Shown one piece after another: positions 1-12,074 of a stretch of DNA of 64,000 nucleotides; the first letter of the stretch is position 1, and each line of letters opens with the position of its first letter. This DNA comes from Enoplolaimus lenunculus. Taxonomy: Eukaryota. The position numbers and the translations under genes were made by a program. The DNA lies in NCBI GenBank assembly GCA_030248215.1, contig JASANG010001107.1, forward strand, positions 682,001 through 746,000, written 5' to 3'. Below the pieces are notes generated by a model. That model had not been told where the DNA came from and made no database searches. It was given only the letters and a program-made list of their open reading frames with translations.

Positions 1-777
1 AAGTGCTCTACAAAATTAAACGCAACAACCATTTTTACTTTCGGAAATGCGTGAGTAAACAGTCCCAGTTCCAAACGCAGCTGACCAGGTTGATTTCAAA
101 GCAAACGCACGTTTCAACAAACTATGTACAGTTTCAGAAACACTGTGCACTAAAACGAATATTTACCACGAACCACGACACATGCTAAGAGTTATGAAGA
201 AAAAAGTATATTAAAACACTTTTAGCAAAAAATTTAAGGCATCATTTAAAATCGTACTACTGGTTCGCTTGTGCATGACGAAACGGTGAAATCTTTGGAC
301 CATGTAAAGATCATGGCCAAAACGTTTTCCCGTAAAACTGCAATAGACTAAAGCATAAGCCTAATATATTTGGTTTGGTTTAGGCTTAGAAATAAGCTCA
401 TTTTTACACTTAGTTATATGCTTATACTACTGTTACGGCCATGTTCTATACATTGGTTAATCATTAAGGACATACTAGCATTTCTTTTTAAATCCTGAAT
501 GAATTTAAGCTACACCTTATGGAGCTAATCGCAATAATTTTGACGTAAACACCTTGCATTTTTATTTCTTCAAGGAGAAATATTAATTCGAAATAACAAA
601 CTGCATAAGACAACGTCCGAACTATAGATTTTGTTTGAGAATTCTTAAACATGCAATATTCGCTTAGCTACTATGCACTAATATGCAGTCTAATAAATTC
701 TCCACTATCCGTTGTTGAAGTTACATTGATACAGATGGATGGTTACATATCAAGAAATCAAGGTTAATCATTATTAT

Positions 778-3700
778 TTATTTCTTATGTTCATCATCGT
801 CATCATCATCATTATTCTGGGTTTCGTCTAGTGTTTCCCATTCTCCGTCATTGTTCCCACCTGTATCATCCAATTTCCGTAATTCACTTGCACTTGTCAC
901 ATGAGAAGAAACACGAGACATGGTCAAATCTGAAAGCGACATTTGATCATCGCTATTGTTGCCTTCCCCTGTCGCTGTTGTACTACCGGTATTCAGCACT
1001 TCTACACTTTCATTGTTGCTACTTTCTGTAGCATTAATGGATGGCGAGAAAGTAGCTCCATGTGGCTGTGATGTATCATCTTTTTCAGTCAACGCTGTTG
1101 ATCCAAGAGGTGGCAAACCACACCGTTTCAACACAGAGTCTATTTCAGCTTCGCTAAACGACCAAAGCTTACTGGCGGTAGCGTCATTTACAAGGTCAGG
1201 CTTGTATGCCTGCAATGTACAATTATCATACAGGCTCCCAGAAATTAGTACTGATTGCTGTCGTGACTGTTTAGCGCTTTCGTGCATAGATCCTGCCAAT
1301 GCGCTTTTACTCGTTGATGGCAATATTGACACAGGCTGTTGAGACAAAGGTTTCTCGAATTCACTTTGAGCCAGCGCACAGTTCAAGTACGTTTGAACAC
1401 CTTGCTGAATTGATTTAGAGAAGAGCCAAATCAGCGGTGCAGCAATCACTAGCATTGGTCGGCTGAAAAATCGGCCAAGTTGAGTACCGCGCACAAAACC
1501 AGGCCGAACCGCGTAAACTCCAATTCGTGTATTTGACTTCGAAAAACGCCGAGCAAGTTCAAACGCATGACAACAATTAGCTAGTTTACTTCGAGCATAT
1601 GCAAGCAACGGATCATAATCTTCAGGTGTTTCTAGGTTTCTTGACTTTGAATTCTGTGATTTCGAAGCTGGAAAATTCCATCGCTCCCAATTGTTGGCAA
1701 TCGCTTTTGTATAATAGCCTACAATATCACACGGTTACGTATATTAAAACAAAAATTGAATGAACACAATAAAAGAAGTACTGACTGGCACTTAGCAATA
1801 TGTGTAACAAATGTAAAGCAGTATTTCTGCTGTATTCCATTACAGATGGACCTTGCCAGCTCTCGAGTGAAACATATGCTTTTAACCTAACAACAAAGAC
1901 TTTGCGTATATTTCATAAACTATACACACTATGTACCAAGGTTCCAACGAAATTCCGACTCCGGCTAAAATTCCAAAAAAATTTGGGTTCCGATCCCGAT
2001 TCACACTGGCTTCTATTCCGATACCGGAATTCCGATTTTTCGGACATGAGTTTTTAAGCTGATTGAACTTAAATTTTGTCTTTTTTTTCGTTTGTTTGCA
2101 TATCTGTTTGTTTTTGTTAGTAAATATTCTCAGTTGCAGAGTAAATTATTTCGCTGATTGTCAAAATGTGACTGCAATTGAAAATTTTATGCTCTACTTT
2201 TAAACGAATAACAAAATGTAAACTTAAAATTCTACTTCATAGCGGCAAGCAGTGATGTTAGCACGCTAGTTCTCAAATATAGCTCGATATTTGGTTCAAC
2301 AGTGTCCTTACTGTAGTGAAAACGATGCTCCATTGAATTGGTTAATTTTCAAAAATCTGGTTCTTGCTATTTATGATTTCATAAGATAGTTTTGAAATGC
2401 TCAAAATGTTTATCTGCATTTAAACTTAAAGCCATGTTGTTCCTGTGCTTTGAGAATTGACAGGCGGGTCTTAGAATTGGCAGGCCTCCATTAATATCAT
2501 AATTTTACAGTTTAGTAGATCGTTAATACAGTCAGCTATACAAGCGATTTTCATTAAAACTGTGAACAATACAGAAAAACATACTGCAACGAAAAATCAA
2601 AAGTAATACACTTCAGTTTTTGATATAATTACTAAAACTTAAATTCCGATTCCGGTTCCGACAAAAAAAATTTGATTCCGATTTCGATTTCGCTTCCGAC
2701 CAAATTTACTTCAGATTGGAACCCTGATTCAAGCAGTAATGTATTTAACTCAATCTTAATCAAAAACAAATGTCTAATTTTTATTTTTGCCAACACAGCT
2801 TTCCTGAAAGCTCCAATGTCTAACACAAGATACTTTGAACCAAATAACAGAATGTTATAAAAATCTTAGGAAGCTGCCGCAGCTGTAATGAATAAAACAT
2901 TTGATTAAATACCTGATGTTACAATCAGAACCCTCGAAGACGGGTCATCTTTAATCAGCGGTGAAAGCAGCTCGGTCAAGTAGAAATGTCCAAGATGATT
3001 TACACCAAGATGTGTTTCAAACCCGTCCACAGTGTGCGAATATGGACAAGCCATGACACCTAAAACCAGTCGTAGTGGGACTACATTTATTGAGCGAAGC
3101 TCGAACACACGTAAGCAATTAAGGTAATATGTAAATTAGTTATTAGCTAACTATTCGATAATCGGTTTTATAGGTTTGTATACAATTTATTCAGATTCCT
3201 CGCACCCGAATACCCATTATTGCTGAAATTGGATTGCTTGTAACCGTAATAATTAGCGAAACATTGTAAAAACGTCTAATTTAGGCTTATCAATTATGCT
3301 TACTGTTAGCTAACTACTCATTTATCGGTTTTAGATGTTTGTAAACAATTTATTTAGATTCCTCGAACCCAAAAACCTTCAGTAAACCTTAATAATTATT
3401 GAAATAATTTAAAGTCTTAATTTTGTCTTGTGAATTAAGATAATATGCAAATTTGCTATTAGCTAACTATTCAATTATCGGTTTTGAAGATTTGTAAACA
3501 ATTTATTCAAATTCCTCCCACCTATAAACTCTTCAGTGCTGAAATTATATTGCTTTTAACCTTAATAATTAGTGAAATATTGTAAAAAGTACTAATTTAG
3601 GCATAAACTATGCTAATATGGACATTATCTATTAGCCAACTGCTCAATTGTCGGTCTTGGAGGTTTTTAAACAGTCTATGCAGATTCCTCGCACCCAAAA

Positions 3701-5411
3701 ACCCTTTAAATGCTAAAATTCGATTGCTTCTGACTGTAATAATTAGTGAAATAATGTAGAAAGTCCTAATTTACGCTTAATTAATTATACAAATTCGCCT
3801 GTAGCTAATAAACGGCTTAAAATTTTAAAACCCCAATGCGAGGTTAACACCCCAGGATAATTGGCTTTCAAACAAAAAAATTTATCACAATCGGTTCAGC
3901 CGTTCCTGAGATTCTTTTCGGACAGACAGACGGACGGACGGACATCCACCTTTCTACCCCAGAGCACAAAACATAAAACGCTTCGCGAATTTCCCTTCGC
4001 TCAATAAAACTGCACCAACAATAAAACAGCATGTTTTTGCTAATGCGCCGTTCGCAATATTTTTTGAGCGACTGCCACCGATTTGTACGGGAATTATGGT
4101 TGCTTGATTTTCAAATTTTAAAATGTACACGCGTTATCCCCACCCTAATTCTGGTTTCTCCGTTAGGCTCACCCTAACGTATGTCATAAAAACAATTTGG
4201 ACACTAGTTCATATGAGAATAATGCAAAGGTCAACAAATGATTATATGCAACTTTGCAGTCACCACCGTAGTTCATATGAGAATAATGCAAAGGTCAACA
4301 AATGATTATATGCAACTTTGCAGTCACCACCGTTGACTGATAAGGTTTAGTTCATGAGGTTGATGCAGTAACCCTAACGACTGTCAAAAAATTTTGTGAC
4401 ATGCAGGATGGGGCTAACGAGTGTACGTACATTTGAAAATCTACTGATCAGGTAACCCCAATACCCTTACAATTAGGTGGCAGTCACTCAAAACTTATTG
4501 TGAACGGCGCGTAATCGGCATCGCGATATAGGTTTAACAACTCTCGTGTAATTTATTCATCAATCTCACATAATTAACTAACCTGCGTTATTCACCAATA
4601 TATCTAATGTGTCGTATTTGGAAGCGAACGCGCACGAAAATTCATAAATTGAACGCAGAGATCCAAGATCTACACTCATACTGTGCAATTTTACATTTGC
4701 CACGTTCATTTTGTTATCGGTCACGCATCGATTCTAAAATAGTTCTTTTAATTATAAATCAGTTTGTTTTTCCGATGTAGAACGGCGAAAAACCATTCAT
4801 GTGCTTCTTTCTTGCAAATGAGGAATGCAAATGCGTGACTAGATCAAATTATTATTTGACTACCACAGATAATACCCAGATTAGATCTCGGTTCGACTCT
4901 AAGACCACGCAAATTTCAAAACTAACGGACATTTGAGCCGGAAAAACAACGCACAGGCTCACTAACATAACATAAAACACAACGGCAAAATATATTACAA
5001 AAATTACAAACATACTTTGATGTACTGTTCAGCTTTCCCTGCGTTTCTCATATCACGACAAGCCAACACCACTTTTGCACCACGTTTTGCCATTTCGTAC
5101 GCCATCTCGCGGCCTTAAACAAGCGTAATTTCGTAATAATGGTAAAGTTAAATAACCTATACACAAAAACCTTGAATACAGTACGTAAACGGCATTTATG
5201 TCATCAAAGCAAAATGTTTAAAACATCGTTTTAATATGATTATTTTACCTAATCCCGAAGATGCACCGGTAATCACAACTACTTTGCCGCTCAAGTCGCG
5301 TTCTTGCAAACATCTAACAATCTTTGCATTTCTAGCCCGTTTCCACAATATAATAACACCGACTCCAATAACGCTACAACCACAAGCTACAGCAGCAAAT
5401 ATCCCAGGCAT
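778..5411 (-). CDS. Short-chain dehydrogenase/reductase, retinol dehydrogenase RDH11-14/DHRS-like; 5 exons
   Basis: Exons (minus strand) 5411-5249, 5113-5016, 4733-4583, 3059-2913 and 1718-778 have GT-AG boundaries and compatible phases. The product has an N-terminal hydrophobic anchor, [10 protein letters not shown] (TGxxxGxG), [38 protein letters not shown], catalytic YARSK (YxxxK) and [11 protein letters not shown]. The start ATG is inferred. Confidence 0.92.
3062..4007 (-). mobile_element. Non-autonomous Helentron/HINE (DINE-1-like) element, copy 1, in SDR intron 3
   Basis: It has subterminal inverted repeats (TTATTGAGCGAAG / CTTCGCTCAATAA), a (GTCY)n microsatellite, an AACGGCTGAACCGATT block, ~150-bp internal tandem repeats, a 3' stem-loop GTAGT-CCC-ACTAC and T-rich ends. 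It is closely similar to the copies at 20643 and 25784. Confidence 0.85.
4043..4512. mobile_element. Degenerate MITE with ~100-bp TIRs containing a perfect 64-bp tandem duplication (4205-4332)
   Basis: TGCGCCGTTCGCAATA...GAGCGACTGCCACC pairs with GGTGGCAGTCACTC...TATTGTGAACGGCGCG. The internal duplicate can be read directly. Confidence 0.7.
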
Positions 5412-7448
5412 CACAGGTACCCGCACATAAACAATGACAGATTTAAGTGTTATATATTCGTATAAGTACTTTATCTTAAAACGTTAATTTTGCATGAAGG
5501 TGTAACCGAAAATCCATTTCTAAAAACTACATAGAAAGAAATAGCTTCGAACGAATGCTTAATACTTGAAGGTTTGTGAAAAACGGGCCAGTAAACTTTC
5601 ATCTAAAATATTGCTTCCGCAAATGATGGGTAAAAAACTAGTGGTATAAACCAACTAGCTATGCTATTAACATGTTAACGAACAGTCATAAGTTGGGTAG
5701 GTTTTGAGTACGATCGTTTTAGCTCTTAGCACTTGCATCTCAAAACGAGAGACCTTATTAGGAGTGTTCGATCACGTGGATGACAGATTTTCAGTCCCAT
5801 GTGCAACCATTGAGCCCGCTGTGTCACAAACAACTGCTAATCTTTTCTGTTTTACGCCACAACAAGCTTCAACATTATATACATGTATCTTGGTTTTCTT
5901 CTTGTTTTACCGTTCTGTGTGTAAAGGCACTATATGTTCGTTAAGAATATACCAATGTGCAGCTCAGCACTGGACTTGTGCTTGCCTCCATGCATCCGCA
6001 TTCCGCCCGCATGTCAAACCAATGTTCGTGTACCAAATTGAAACGGGAAGTCAGAATTGAAATTGCTCTGCAACTTGATTGAAACTGCAAGTCTTTGGTT
6101 ACCTTGATTGCGTTAAATTTTTGTTTGTCAAAGTAAAACTGTTGCCTACAAAAAAATTGTAAAACAAAAAAATTTAACATATAGAAATACAGCGTTTTTG
6201 GATACCAAATTGTTTCTGACTCTCTGGTACCAGTCGGGTGTACACATAGTCGGTGACTTGGGTATATAATTTATATACACTACAACTAGGAAGCTAGGGA
6301 CTCGCATGTGGGCAGAATTTTTCACAGTAGCGTAGACAGTGTAACGTGGATCACCCATAATGGTGATAGGTCTTGTATACATTCGAACCAGTGTGAGGCT
6401 CAAAGTTCTGCACATTTTTTGCATACTTATGATTTGTTGTATTCCTTTTTACGAATTCTGAGCTGAACAACTGCAACAGTTAATGAGTTTCACGGCACAA
6501 CCAAAGGTCTACTTCCGGCTTCGATTCCGGCAGGATATCTACCTCCGGCTCCTGCTCCGGTAGAATTTTCGATGGACGTTCCGGCAATTTCGGTAGTGAA
6601 ATTTGGCATAGTTTTACGATTTTTTGTAAAAAGTAAGCGTAAAAAGACCAGCTGTTCCTGGGTTGCGGAAACATGAGTTGTACCTGCGGAGTTAAACAAA
6701 GCTCGTACTAAATTGACTTAAGTCAAAGGTAAGCCATGTTTCTGCAACCCACTGATGTAAACTCTTTCAAACAGCAAGGAATGAAAAAATTTCGGAACAA
6801 AAGCAGGTATCTGGAACTGTCGTGTTTCCTCTATAAACCAATTTAGCGATTTGTATTAAATATTGAGAAGATTTTGTCTTATAAGTATTTAATATTTAAA
6901 GCTCACGATCACAATAATAGAAGTTATACTTTGACAAAATATTTACTGTTTACTGAAATGGCATTTTTATGGCTGCACCAAGCACGTAGCTAAACTGAAA
7001 TTTGGGGGGGGGGCAAAATTTTAATTTTCTAAGCGTGCACAGTACTTCCTTACCTTGGGACGTTGAATCTCTGCATTTATGTGCAAAGTGTTCAGTCGCT
7101 GGAAAAAGTGAACATAATTTTCGGCAGAAAATTGTTGTATGTTTCGGGTTTTGTTGGCTTTAAGTTGCTAAATTATTCAAAACCGCATATGCAGCGATGA
7201 ACATATTTTTAAAATAATTATGAAGTTTGGTTATCCTACCAACACATTGAAATTGGCGTGGTATCAGTTTGGTTTTTGAACGAACCAAACAGTAAACTTT
7301 GAACGAACTAAACAATGAAGTTTTTAGAAAACAAAGAGATCACAAAATTTAAACTCGGCTTCTATGCATGGTTAATAATTTATATATACAAGATCGATCC
7401 TCTGCAAAAAGCGTTAGTATTATATTATGTCGCTCACACGTTGCCATA

Positions 7449-7689
7449 CACTGCAAAGAATGGTAAGTCAAATGGACTCTTTCCGAAATAGGCTTTTCAT
7501 GACTGCACAAACTGAGTCAAAAGTCGACTCCGCCAGAGTTAAATTTGATTCACTGAATCGCTCAGTGAGTCGAATTTAACTCTGGCGGAGTCGAATTTGA
7601 CTCTGGCGGAGTCGAATTTGACTCAGTTTGTGTAGTCAGGAAAAGCCTATTTCGAACAGAGTCAATTTGACTCACCATTTTTTACAGTG
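7449..7689. mobile_element. Palindromic TA-flanked MITE (CACTGCAAA family)
   Basis: ta|CACTGCAAAGAATGGT...ACCATTTTTTACAGTG|ta is nearly palindromic throughout, with GAGTCGAATTTGACTC subrepeats. Further copies lie at 10384-10595 and, as a half copy, at 60063-60170. Confidence 0.85.
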
Positions 7690-7968
7690 TACGTGCACTC
7701 CGCACATCCATCGTCCCCCTATACTGTTTTAAAAGGCTAACTATACTGTTACTGCGTAACTGTGTGCGGAAATTTGATCTCTAAAAAATGTCCGAATAGA
7801 GTTTATTGCACTGACGGACATTTTGTATACAGTTTGCAAATTATGTTAATATATTAAATATAGAGTTGCGTGAACTGTCGTACTTTGTCGTTACAGTCTA
7901 AAAGGTGTCGGCGGAAAGCGCTAAATAAGATAATTAATTTACTGCGTTATTTTGTTTCTTTTTGCATG

Positions 7969-8160
7969 TTTGCCAAAATTTTCCACCAAAATTTGAATTT
8001 TCACGCCAAAAATTTAATTTCGCGCCAAAATTTGAATTTCCCGCCAAATTAATTTCCCGCCAAAATTTTAATTTTCCCGCTTAAATTGGAATTTGCCGCC
8101 AAAATTTGAATTTTCCCGCCAAAATTTGAATTGCACGCCAAAATTTGAATTTGCCCGCTA
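7969..8160. repeat. ~20-bp minisatellite, consensus TTTCCCGCCAAAATTTGAAT, about 9 degenerate units
   Basis: Tandem units are directly visible. Confidence 0.9.
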
Positions 8161-8941
8161 AGGTGTCCCTAATGTGTCTATTATATAAAAATATTGTCCA
8201 CTTCACTGTTTTTCAAGCATTTCAATGTCATAGACAGTGTCATTGCAAAACAGTCTTGTCCGGATACCGCCAATGGCGGTGATATTATTGGAAAATGAAG
8301 GGTTTCGATAAAACATAAGCCGGACAAGCTATTGAATTTGTTTTGGGAGGGGAGATTTTGTGTGCCGAGTGCACGTATGGTAACGTGTGAGTGACATTAT
8401 TTAAGCTGGATCGTCTCACATACGTATTTTGGGCAGCTTTCCAGTTGTTTTAATGAATATTTCATAAATAAAAGAGGAAAAACATAATATATGAAGGTTA
8501 CAACACATTGTTTTAAATGTCAATGTAGACGAGGACTCGCAAAGAATTAAAATAGCGCTCCGAAATGTAAACAAAAAGTATTGCGCAGTTTTCGGAAACA
8601 AAAACTTTTTCTAGGACAGTTTTAGAGTTGCAAATTTGCAAATAAGTGGACTAGTATACATTATGTAGTATAATTGCGGAGGAGGTTGGAGGCCGTAAAG
8701 TCTGTAACTCCTAATTACCGACTACTCTTGTGATGAATACAATGTTTCCCGTGGTTAATTATGATTGTCAGGATAATTCGTTCAACGGTGTAGCTCTGAA
8801 AACGCCCGTATTTAGCAGCAAAATTTATGTGGCCTATGGCCGGTTCACTACAAGTTATAAAATGGTGCTATAGTATTTATATTAATTTGAGATTTGATAC
8901 TTAATATCAATTACTATTTAGCACGAGTTAAAAAGCTTCAA

Positions 8942-11900
8942 ATGACTTATCATAATGATTTAACATCCGAAAGATTCATTAAAGCTACCCAAGCAACACT
9001 AGGCATCGGTCCAAATGTCGAATGGTATACTGTGCAATATTTTATCACAGCTGCTGGCATCTTTATTGGTCTTACAGTAATTGGCTTAGGTTCTGCGAGA
9101 AAGGGTTACACAGTATCTGTGGTCATCAAAGTGCTTTACATTACAGTATCATTTGCAGGACTGTTATTTTGGATCTCAGGCTTTGGTATAGGATTTGGAC
9201 ACAAAAATTCAAATTGGTTCATTGGAATGACAGAATTTTTGTTTCAACCTCAATCTCAAGATGACGGTAGAGTGTTTTGGTTACAATTCATTCATCATAT
9301 TACTTGCGTTCAGATTGTGGGTGTTGCTGTTTCTGAGCGTATGAGACTGTTGTCATGGATTCTATTCAACGCAGCTGCAATTCCGATTTTTGCAATACCA
9401 GCAGGTTGGGTCTGGCGGCCAAATGGATTTTTAGCACAGTTGGGCTATCTAGACTGGGCAGGTGCAGGAGTAATGCATGCAGCTGCTGGATCAGCCGCCT
9501 TGGTTGGGTCTATGATTCTAGGTTTACGAAGTGAAGAAAGCGACCGTTTCAATCTAGCACAAGTATGCTTGAGAAAAAACAATATTTATTTATTATATAG
9601 AGAATGCACCCTTAACCTCAGCCGTGCTAGTTTGACAGTGGTTTCCTAGCCAGATAGTTGAAAAAAAGAAGGAAATGCATTATATTAAATTTTTTTGCGC
9701 CTCTGACACAATTTATGTGCCTTTAAATATCGAAATGTTTGCGAAACATGCTAAAAGGATGAAATTTCGAAACAGAAAAAGCATCTTTCCAAAGAAGGAA
9801 ATGCTGAATCCTCTATTGCTCTGCTAATATCTGATTCAAGTTAATTTTTAAATAATGGTAGAAAAAGGAAGGGTTATTTTATCGTACATCATGAACATTG
9901 ACCCGTCAAGTTAAAATTTATCGAACGGTGACCACATATCAATGTATTTATTTTGATACACAATTTACGCTTATTTACGCATAGCGTACTCCATGCGAGA
10001 AAGGTCATGGAGAGCAAGGTACAATTAAAGGTCCGCTTCCGGCTCCGACAGAAAATTGGCTTCCTGTTCCGGATCTGATAGAATTTTTGTCGGAGGTTCC
10101 CACAATTTCTGTAGCAAAATTATTCATATTTCTAAAAGTTGAACTCTTCAGTGAGTTGTCTGCTAAAGTTGTGCCATGTATAAAAGCAATATGGATGCTA
10201 AGATTTCATGTGAGGCTCAATCACAAATTTTTACTATCAATTTGTAGACTATACTTAAAATTAGCATATTCAACACCGTTTTACATTGTCTAATTTGGCT
10301 TCACCTTCGGCTCCGGTAAAATTTATTTTATTCTGGCTTCGTTTTTATTAAGTATAAATTCGCAAGTCGCTACGCTTCACCTACACTGCAAACAATGCTG
10401 GTCAAATCGACTCACTCCGAAATATATACGCTCTACGGGGCTACACAAATTGAATCAAACTCGACTTTACCAGAGTCAAATTCGACTCACTGAATCGCAC
10501 GTTTGACTCTGGCGGAGTCGAATTTGACTCAGATTGTGTAGTTCCGCAGAGCCTATTTCGGAGATAGTCAATTTGACTAACCATTTCTTGCAGTGTACGC
10601 ATTTTATTTGTTTTAGCTAAGAAATCCTGAAACAACGCTCATTGGAGCAGGAACTCTTGTATTGGGACTCACGTCATTTAACGCATTGCCTTCGTTTGTT
10701 ATGCCAAAATGTCTAATAAAAACTCATTGCAAATATAGCGTTCAATTGTTTCATACATCACTGGCCAATGCTTTCCATGGGGTATTGGGTGGAAGTGTTT
10801 GTGGAACAATCTTAAGTATTATGTTTTGCAGTGGCTGCCTTCCTGTACAGTATGTGATTACGTCATCAGTGGCTGGCTGTGTAGCGGTTTCAGGCTGCGG
10901 TCCTTATGTTTCAAATTTCGAAGCCCTCGCTATTGGGAGCGTGGTATCAGCAATTGCTGTTGGAAGTCAACGATTCATGTTCCATCATAACGTGGACGAT
11001 AGAGTTGGAACTATTTCTATTCATCTTGTTGGAGGCGTGCTTGGAGCATTAGGAACCGGTCTCCTTTCTCAGTCATTGGATCGGAGCGTATTTATTCAGC
11101 ACAAGGTTACAAACTCGCAAGTTGTTATGGTCCGTTGGGCGTTTAACTCTACAATTAATACAGGAATTGTTTACAAACCGCACAGACCTAAATATATTTT
11201 AGCGAATATAGTTGGAGTGCTTGCCATCGTAGGTTGGTCGGCGATCACTTCTGCTGTTGTGTTTGGAGCAGTGAAGTTTGGAGAACATTTTGTAATTAAA
11301 AAGTCCGCAGTATCGGATCCTCTCGATCGCATTGAACACGACATTGTTTCTAGCCCAACCACACCGAACTCTGATATCTCGTCAGTGCTTTTTGACAATG
11401 ATTGGTCTGAATTAGAGCCAAGGAAAAAGCAAGTTGTGGAATTGAAAAACGCAATCCCAGTAACTGAAGTAACCTTGATAAGCGGATCTAATAATGAAAA
11501 TTTGGCAATGCCTGAAACGCAGTTAATGTATTCAGATAAACCAGAAACTACAAAGCAATATGATATTTATACTCTTGAAGTTGGTAGTTCAAAGTCAACG
11601 TCTCAAAGATCAGACATCAAAGATCAAGACACAGAGCAAGAACATGCGCAATTGTCACCGAAGCGATATAACGATATCGAATTTAGAGAAGAACAGCGCA
11701 GCACCGAGAGTAAAATTTACATCGCAAATCAAGAAAGCGAACCCCAGAAGAATCGGTACAGCAACTCTTTGCCCTCGAATGAAAAACTTGAATCTTTCCA
11801 AAACACAAATCGTGAAGTTGAAACTGATGTCAACGCATCAGCGAAAATTAGTAAAAGCGATCGAAATTCGCCGGTTACAGCTAAATCAGCGGACAAAGAG

Positions 11901-12074
11901 CAAGTAACAAACGCCACACGAGCTAGCAGTGCAAAGGATGTTTCGCTAAAGCAGACGCAGTCCAATGATGGTGGCAAGGAGTTAAAACAAAGCAACCGCA
12001 CCAAAACTTATAACAAAAAATCTAACTTTGTTGCGAAGCGACGAATCTATCCTCGGCCTAACGTTTCTGATTAA
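8942..12074 (+). CDS. Ammonium transporter (Amt/Mep/Rh superfamily), divergent, with long polar C-terminal tail; 2 exons
   Basis: Exons 8942-9562 (GTATGC donor) and 10617-12074 (TTTTAG acceptor) join in phase 0. Motifs include VAVSERM, GWVWRPNGFL, DWAGAGVMHAAAG and DDRVGTISIHLVGG (twin His), plus multiple hydrophobic segments. Confidence 0.9.
10384..10595. mobile_element. Palindromic TA-flanked MITE (CACTGCAAA family) near the 3' end of the Amt intron
   Basis: Homologous to 7449-7689; it ends about 20 nt before the acceptor at 10616. Confidence 0.82.

Noticed and set aside
2905..3108. ORF starting [16 protein letters not shown], also seen at 25830
   Set aside because: The shared N-terminus is just the HINE terminus read through. 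Only 3059-2913 is a real exon.
11106..11163. Possible small intron in Amt exon 2 (AAG|GTTACA...ATACAG)
   Set aside because: Removing 58 nt would shift the frame, whereas the unspliced sequence is open and in frame.
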